DNA from: Tissierellia bacterium
GTDB lineage: Bacteria > Bacillota > Clostridia > Tissierellales > Tepidimicrobiaceae
DNA: 48,544 nt
NCBI GenBank assembly: GCA_012799055.1
Contig: JAAZMA010000262.1
Location: 1-48,544 of the forward strand
Reading direction: 5' to 3'
Shown here: piece by piece, positions 45,001-48,544 of the stretch
Numbering within the stretch: the stretch's first letter is position 1
Layout: every line of letters starts with the position of its first letter
Program-made: the position numbers and the translations under genes
Notes under the pieces: model-generated
Database searches by the model: none
The model's input: only the letters and a program-made list of their open reading frames with translations
Told to the model about the DNA's origin: nothing

Positions 45001-47477
45001 TTTTAACCAATATGAATTTAAGCATAATTTATTTACTTATAGGAAATTATGAGCAAAGTTATAATTATTATACTATGTTAGAAGAAGTAGTAAATGATAA
45101 TAACTATAGTTTTGAGATTATAAGCTATTATTATAATTTTCTATCTGAATTTTATTTTGCCTTTGGTGAATTTCATAAGGCTATGAAGTATTCAAAAATG
45201 GCTATAGAAAATCTTGAAGAATTCTCTATTAATGAATATATGGCTTCCAAGACTAGAATTGCATTAATAGAATTTTTCGGTAATAATACATATAATAGGG
45301 AATCCATAGAAAAAATAAGAGCTGAATACAGAGAGCAAAACATTGATTTAGACAGAAGATATGCTTTATTATACTTGGCTTTTATACCACTAATAGAGGG
45401 AGACTATGAGTATTTAATGGATCTTCTCAATGAAGAGGATGAATTGAGAGGAGAATATTCTATTCCTAAATTAGATTATATTAGGGGAATACTTACAAAT
45501 TCTTTAGGAGATGATGATGAAAGTATTGAAAATTTAATAAAACTAGAGGCTAATATGAAAAAACACAATTTACCTCAATTAGATTTAGTATTAAATATTA
45601 TTTTGGGTATGAAGTTTTCAAAAAAAGGAAAGTATTATGAAGGTATTAATTGTTTGTTGGAGACTCAAGATACAATATATAGTTTTATAAAAAATATCCC
45701 TTGTAGAGAATTCCAAAAAGGATTTATAAAAAGATTTTATGGAGATATTATTAAAGAAGAAATAAGTAAAATGGTGTATGAAATTACCAATAAAAAAATA
45801 AATACTATTTGTATAGACGAAATAAAATCCCAAGATAAAATAGAAAAATATTTTGATTATAGACCTTTAATTGAATTAATGAATGATGAAGATTTTGCAA
45901 AAATCAGGGAAGTTAGTAGATATATAAATGATGATGTTAAAGATATTGAAAGTTTAGATATATTAATATCTAAATTAACTTCTAATTACAAAACTAATTT
46001 AGAGTTAATATTAAAATTTTTAGCTAAAGAAACCTTTGCTATAAGGGGTTATATCTTAGGATATGATGAAGATACTAATAAATATTTACCAATTATTTCC
46101 TTGGATGGAAACAATGATTGGACTCCTAATGAAAACTTATTATCTTTAGCCAATAGATATGAAGATGGGATACTTATAAATAATAATATTCACGAAAGTA
46201 CTATAGAATTTCATAGAGAATTTTTATCAAAGGGTACTAGGGCACTAATGTGTATTCCAATTGGAGTAAAAGATTCAAAGACAATCTATGTTGGAGAAGA
46301 TAGAAGAAAAAGCTCTTATTATAATCAAATAAATGAAGGATATATTTATTTAGAAACTGAAAGAGTTTTTAATAGATTTGATAAAACTAGACATAGATTG
46401 GTTTATTCTTTGACACCAATTATTTATATTAATCTTGAAAATTATAAATTGAAAATCTTATCTACCATTGATAAATTAACTGGCACTAATACTAGAAAAC
46501 ATTTTGAACAGGAATATAATAAGATATTTGATGATGCTAGAAAGAACCAAAGAACTTTTGCAGTTTTAATGCTAGATATAGATAGTTTTAAAGAGATTAA
46601 TGATACCTATGGTCATAGAAAGGGAGATGAGGTTTTAAGTGAAATTGGGAAAAACCTTAAAAATAGTATAAGGAGTACAGATTTAGTTGCAAGATATGGA
46701 GGAGAGGAGTTTGTAATAATTTTAAAAAATATTACTGAAGAAGAGGCTATGAAAATAGGGGAAAAAATTAGAGTAAATATTGAAAACATTCGTGTTCCAA
46801 AAGTTAGAGAAACCATAACTATAAGTATTGGTATAGCTATGTTTCCACAACATGGACAATTTAAGGAAGAATTAATTGAAAAAGCAGACCAGGCCCTATA
46901 TCATGCAAAGGAAGAGGGAAAAAACAAGGTAGTAGTTTGGGATTCTCATCTTTTCAACACTTTGCATAGAGTAGATAGATTAGCTGGGATTATTTCTGGT
47001 AATATTAATCAGGATCAAAGGAACGTATTAGCTATTTTAGATATAATAGATTTAGTTAAAGAAAATATAAATAAAGAAGAAAAGATATTTAAATTTTTAG
47101 GCAGATTAATTGAAACAATAGAGGCAGAAAGTTGTACTTTAATTTACTTGGATAAGGATAAAAATCCTATAAAAACCTATTCTCGTATGAGGCAAAGTAT
47201 GGAATGGGAAGAGGAACCTTTTATAAATTATAATATAGTAAAAAAAGTTGCATTTGCAAGAAAAGGTGAGTTTTCAATTGATTGGGAAAATATTAATGAT
47301 GTAGATTTAATTTTAAATAGTCCCAATTGGAAATCTATAATAGTTCACCCAATAGAATTTAATGGTAAAATTAAGGCAATAATTTATATTACAGTGCCTT
47401 TAAGAGAGAAAGAATTTGATTATGATTGCTATAATATGGTAAAGACTTTAAGTGGGGTTTTTTCACCCATAGTGTAA
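42093..47477 (+). CDS. 1794-aa signalling protein: degenerate Ser/Thr-kinase-like domain, AAA/STAND P-loop NTPase, TPR repeats, GAF, GGDEF (GGEEF, RxxD I-site), C-terminal GAF-like domain
   Basis: Kinase-like aa 1-265 ('IYLKL', 'GIIYRYLSPTNIF', 'MDLA', 'IAPE'). Walker A 'GNTGTGKT' (aa 314-321) and Walker B 'IYLIIDNLE'. TPR-like 'LGNIYATKGENDKALDIYNE', 'IANIYTQYGKNEKAMEYYEKGL' and others. GGDEF 'LMLDIDSFKEINDTYGHRKGDEVL...RSTDLVARYGGEEF'. Confidence 0.8.
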   Translation: MKLINNRYKLDRVVYDSLYSSLYQGFDLWENDKKIYLKLYNSEKRGNVIDYFINNFIILSKINHENLLLNYQFDIISTIDSKKVNIKQYFSTIEYIDAPTLDEVYLNFNFHQRLNILIQVANVLDFLHYKGIIYRYLSPTNIFVLEDGSIKLMDLATIHDNIINTEYDDLTRSFIAPEVLLEQKDIINENADKYSFGMLILYLLTENFHNPFGNKFDYIGEFQLNSLQEDFLNHIINSFIMKNPNLRDYKFRDLIDALNRKFNMNFQYDLVKERGVLDFHTKIVGREKQINRILHFDQLITSGDIDNKIVLIKGNTGTGKTRLLKEISHLLRLKGRDVYSTEISLEDSSELKPMTNILRQTIKDTPKIILDKYAQELYRIVPELKPALDMNNSIVLNGDKERLRLFDRTANYLGELSQSQPIYLIIDNLEKCSLQLLYMIDYIINNMRNGKIIIVASYNEKVILENSEKKDIILKWTKNEIVEEMQVTNFDLAEIGEYIQYILGISYKPLKFSAVILKESQGNPKYIEYLIKDLYANGELFFSTGGYWEVKAKKYSDIYFSANLGETLESQLNLIKDEHMDIMKVVSVYYDAVSKNTLQSILDIDSDILNKNLNELIAMRLLDVRVSDWGYSYSINDIRLKRNIYYKIAEEERIKIHEKIAKHLEKNYPPNYKAVMGEFIHHLMCSNQKIRALEFIINEAKEEELYSSQSVLLWEEAYEIDKELKSEYRMEILKNLGNIYATKGENDKALDIYNELFQEAIKSNEIEYAIISNNGMADIYIKRNFLELAIEKIEESTKLSKKINNLDLLVESKILQNRILLENGQFEETNRNMNQLLEFSLENKLDKNLGNIYNILGLIEFYNGNMDKALNRYEESIEAFQKVGDLLNSTKPINNIANIYTQYGKNEKAMEYYEKGLSVVKNREILHFKLIFLNNIGSTYMAMYEYDKAIKYMEAARVIAIEIEDANLEFLTNMNLSIIYLLIGNYEQSYNYYTMLEEVVNDNNYSFEIISYYYNFLSEFYFAFGEFHKAMKYSKMAIENLEEFSINEYMASKTRIALIEFFGNNTYNRESIEKIRAEYREQNIDLDRRYALLYLAFIPLIEGDYEYLMDLLNEEDELRGEYSIPKLDYIRGILTNSLGDDDESIENLIKLEANMKKHNLPQLDLVLNIILGMKFSKKGKYYEGINCLLETQDTIYSFIKNIPCREFQKGFIKRFYGDIIKEEISKMVYEITNKKINTICIDEIKSQDKIEKYFDYRPLIELMNDEDFAKIREVSRYINDDVKDIESLDILISKLTSNYKTNLELILKFLAKETFAIRGYILGYDEDTNKYLPIISLDGNNDWTPNENLLSLANRYEDGILINNNIHESTIEFHREFLSKGTRALMCIPIGVKDSKTIYVGEDRRKSSYYNQINEGYIYLETERVFNRFDKTRHRLVYSLTPIIYINLENYKLKILSTIDKLTGTNTRKHFEQEYNKIFDDARKNQRTFAVLMLDIDSFKEINDTYGHRKGDEVLSEIGKNLKNSIRSTDLVARYGGEEFVIILKNITEEEAMKIGEKIRVNIENIRVPKVRETITISIGIAMFPQHGQFKEELIEKADQALYHAKEEGKNKVVVWDSHLFNTLHRVDRLAGIISGNINQDQRNVLAILDIIDLVKENINKEEKIFKFLGRLIETIEAESCTLIYLDKDKNPIKTYSRMRQSMEWEEEPFINYNIVKKVAFARKGEFSIDWENINDVDLILNSPNWKSIIVHPIEFNGKIKAIIYITVPLREKEFDYDCYNMVKTLSGVFSPIV

Positions 47478-47546
47478 TTTACTTTTAATATTAAAATATG
47501 ATAAAGCAACTAAAATACAAGGAATCAAGCAGAAAGGAGGCATATT

Positions 47547-48544
47547 ATGGCAGTAACTATAAAAGATGTGGCACAGCTGGCAGGAGTCTCAATTTCTACA
47601 GTTTCTAGAGTTATAAACAATTCAAAGCCAGTAAGTCCAGCAGTAAGAAGAAAAGTATTGGAAGCCATAGAGGAGTTGGATTATAAACCAAATCAAGTAG
47701 CTAGATCCTTAGTAACAAAAAAATCTAATTTAATAGGTATAGTACTTACAGATATTAGAAACTATTATATAGCTAATATGATTAGAGGAATAGAGGAAGT
47801 AGGCAGAATGTATGATTATGATATTATACTGTCTTCTAGCTATGGTGAAGCAAATCGAGAGATAGAATTATTAGAATTATTAAGGTCAAAACAAGTAGAA
47901 GGTGTAATATTTATATCTGAAACTGTAAGTAAGAAAGTATTAAATGCTATAAAGAAATTAAAGATTCCATCTATATATTTAAATAAATATTATAAAAATA
48001 ATAGTTTTCCTTCTGTATCTATAGATAATTTTGAAGGGGCTTATAAAATGACTGAATATCTTAAAAAATTAGGGCATAAAAAAATCCTATATATAACTGA
48101 TAATAACCAAGATAATAAATCCATAGAAAAACTAAAAATTGAAGGATTTAAAAAAGCTTTATTCGAAAGTGGATTAGAAGACTTTATTTTATCAGTAGAG
48201 GGATTTGAAATAGAAGATGGATATAATACAGGAGATAATGTAATAAAATTAGTAGAGGAAGAAGGTATTACAGCAGTTTTTTGTTGTCAGGATGAAATAG
48301 CTATAGGTCTTATAAATTATTGTTATGATAACAATATTAAGGTACCAGAAGATATTTCTATTAGTGGTTATGGAGATACAGAATTAGCTTCTATTTATAG
48401 ACCAGGGCTTACAACAGTAAAAGAACCTTACTACGATATAGGTGCAGTTGCTATTAGAAGAATAATAAAGGAAATAGATGAAGGAATAGTAGAAGATGAA
48501 GACACTTATCTTCCAATTCAAATAATTAAAAGGGAAAGTACAAG
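47547..48544 (+). CDS. LacI/CcpA-family transcriptional regulator (3' end beyond the window)
   Basis: 'MAVTIKDVAQLAGVSISTVSRVINNSKPVSPAVRRKVLEAIEELDYKPNQVARSL' is an HTH_LacI signature. A periplasmic-binding-fold core follows. SD AAAGGAGG lies 6 nt upstream. There is no stop before the window end, so it is absent from the ORF track. Confidence 0.85.
   Translation, partial: MAVTIKDVAQLAGVSISTVSRVINNSKPVSPAVRRKVLEAIEELDYKPNQVARSLVTKKSNLIGIVLTDIRNYYIANMIRGIEEVGRMYDYDIILSSSYGEANREIELLELLRSKQVEGVIFISETVSKKVLNAIKKLKIPSIYLNKYYKNNSFPSVSIDNFEGAYKMTEYLKKLGHKKILYITDNNQDNKSIEKLKIEGFKKALFESGLEDFILSVEGFEIEDGYNTGDNVIKLVEEEGITAVFCCQDEIAIGLINYCYDNNIKVPEDISISGYGDTELASIYRPGLTTVKEPYYDIGAVAIRRIIKEIDEGIVEDEDTYLPIQIIKREST

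Noticed and set aside
1-48544. Search for mobile elements, prophage genes, toxin-antitoxin pairs, restriction-modification or other defence systems, tRNA/rRNA genes
   Set aside because: I recognised no transposase, integrase, recombinase or phage structural motifs. There were no short paired ORFs typical of TA systems, no methyltransferase or nuclease signatures, and no cloverleaf-like tRNA sequences. The window reads as core or accessory chromosome rather than an island.

Overview
This is an AT-rich, low-GC Firmicute (Clostridia/Tissierellia-like) chromosomal segment. It is densely packed with about 36 protein genes on both strands, most with clear Shine-Dalgarno sites and hairpin terminators. 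I see no rRNA, tRNA, CRISPR array, transposase, integrase or recognisable defence system.

Most genes are housekeeping or accessory metabolism:
- a 5'-truncated GH94/NdvB-like glucan enzyme and an amidohydrolase
- two MATE pumps, xpt and nfnAB
- L-serine dehydratase (sdaAB/sdaAA)
- an FHA-FtsW/RodA-PBP2 wall module, pepF, nadK, an RluA-family synthase and an ftsH paralog
- a PHP phosphatase, a heterodimeric ABC exporter, YtxH/DUF948 stress proteins, a DagK-like lipid kinase, MarR and a partial LacI-family gene

Four items deserve a second look:
1. A tightly coupled minus-strand operon (13531-22265) links sdaAB-sdaAA to an uncharacterised 1618-aa protein with HD, HEAT-like, NadD/PPAT-like nucleotidyltransferase, GNAT-like and type-I PRT regions. 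An atypical LDH/MDH-like dehydrogenase and a tandem flavodoxin-like Cys-cluster flavoprotein follow it. This is my best candidate for an undescribed nucleotide or cofactor-type pathway.
2. A 1794-aa protein (42093-47477) combines a pseudokinase, a STAND/AAA P-loop, TPR repeats, GAF, a GGEEF domain with an RxxD I-site, and a second GAF. It lies downstream of dagK-like and marR genes.
3. A stand-alone structured RNA (about 34226-34400) has its own sigma-A-like promoter and a long hairpin. It looks like 6S RNA.
4. A degenerate ~17-24-nt repeat family includes a perfect 58-bp palindrome and brackets the amidohydrolase gene.

All functional calls rest on motif recognition by eye. No database search was run.
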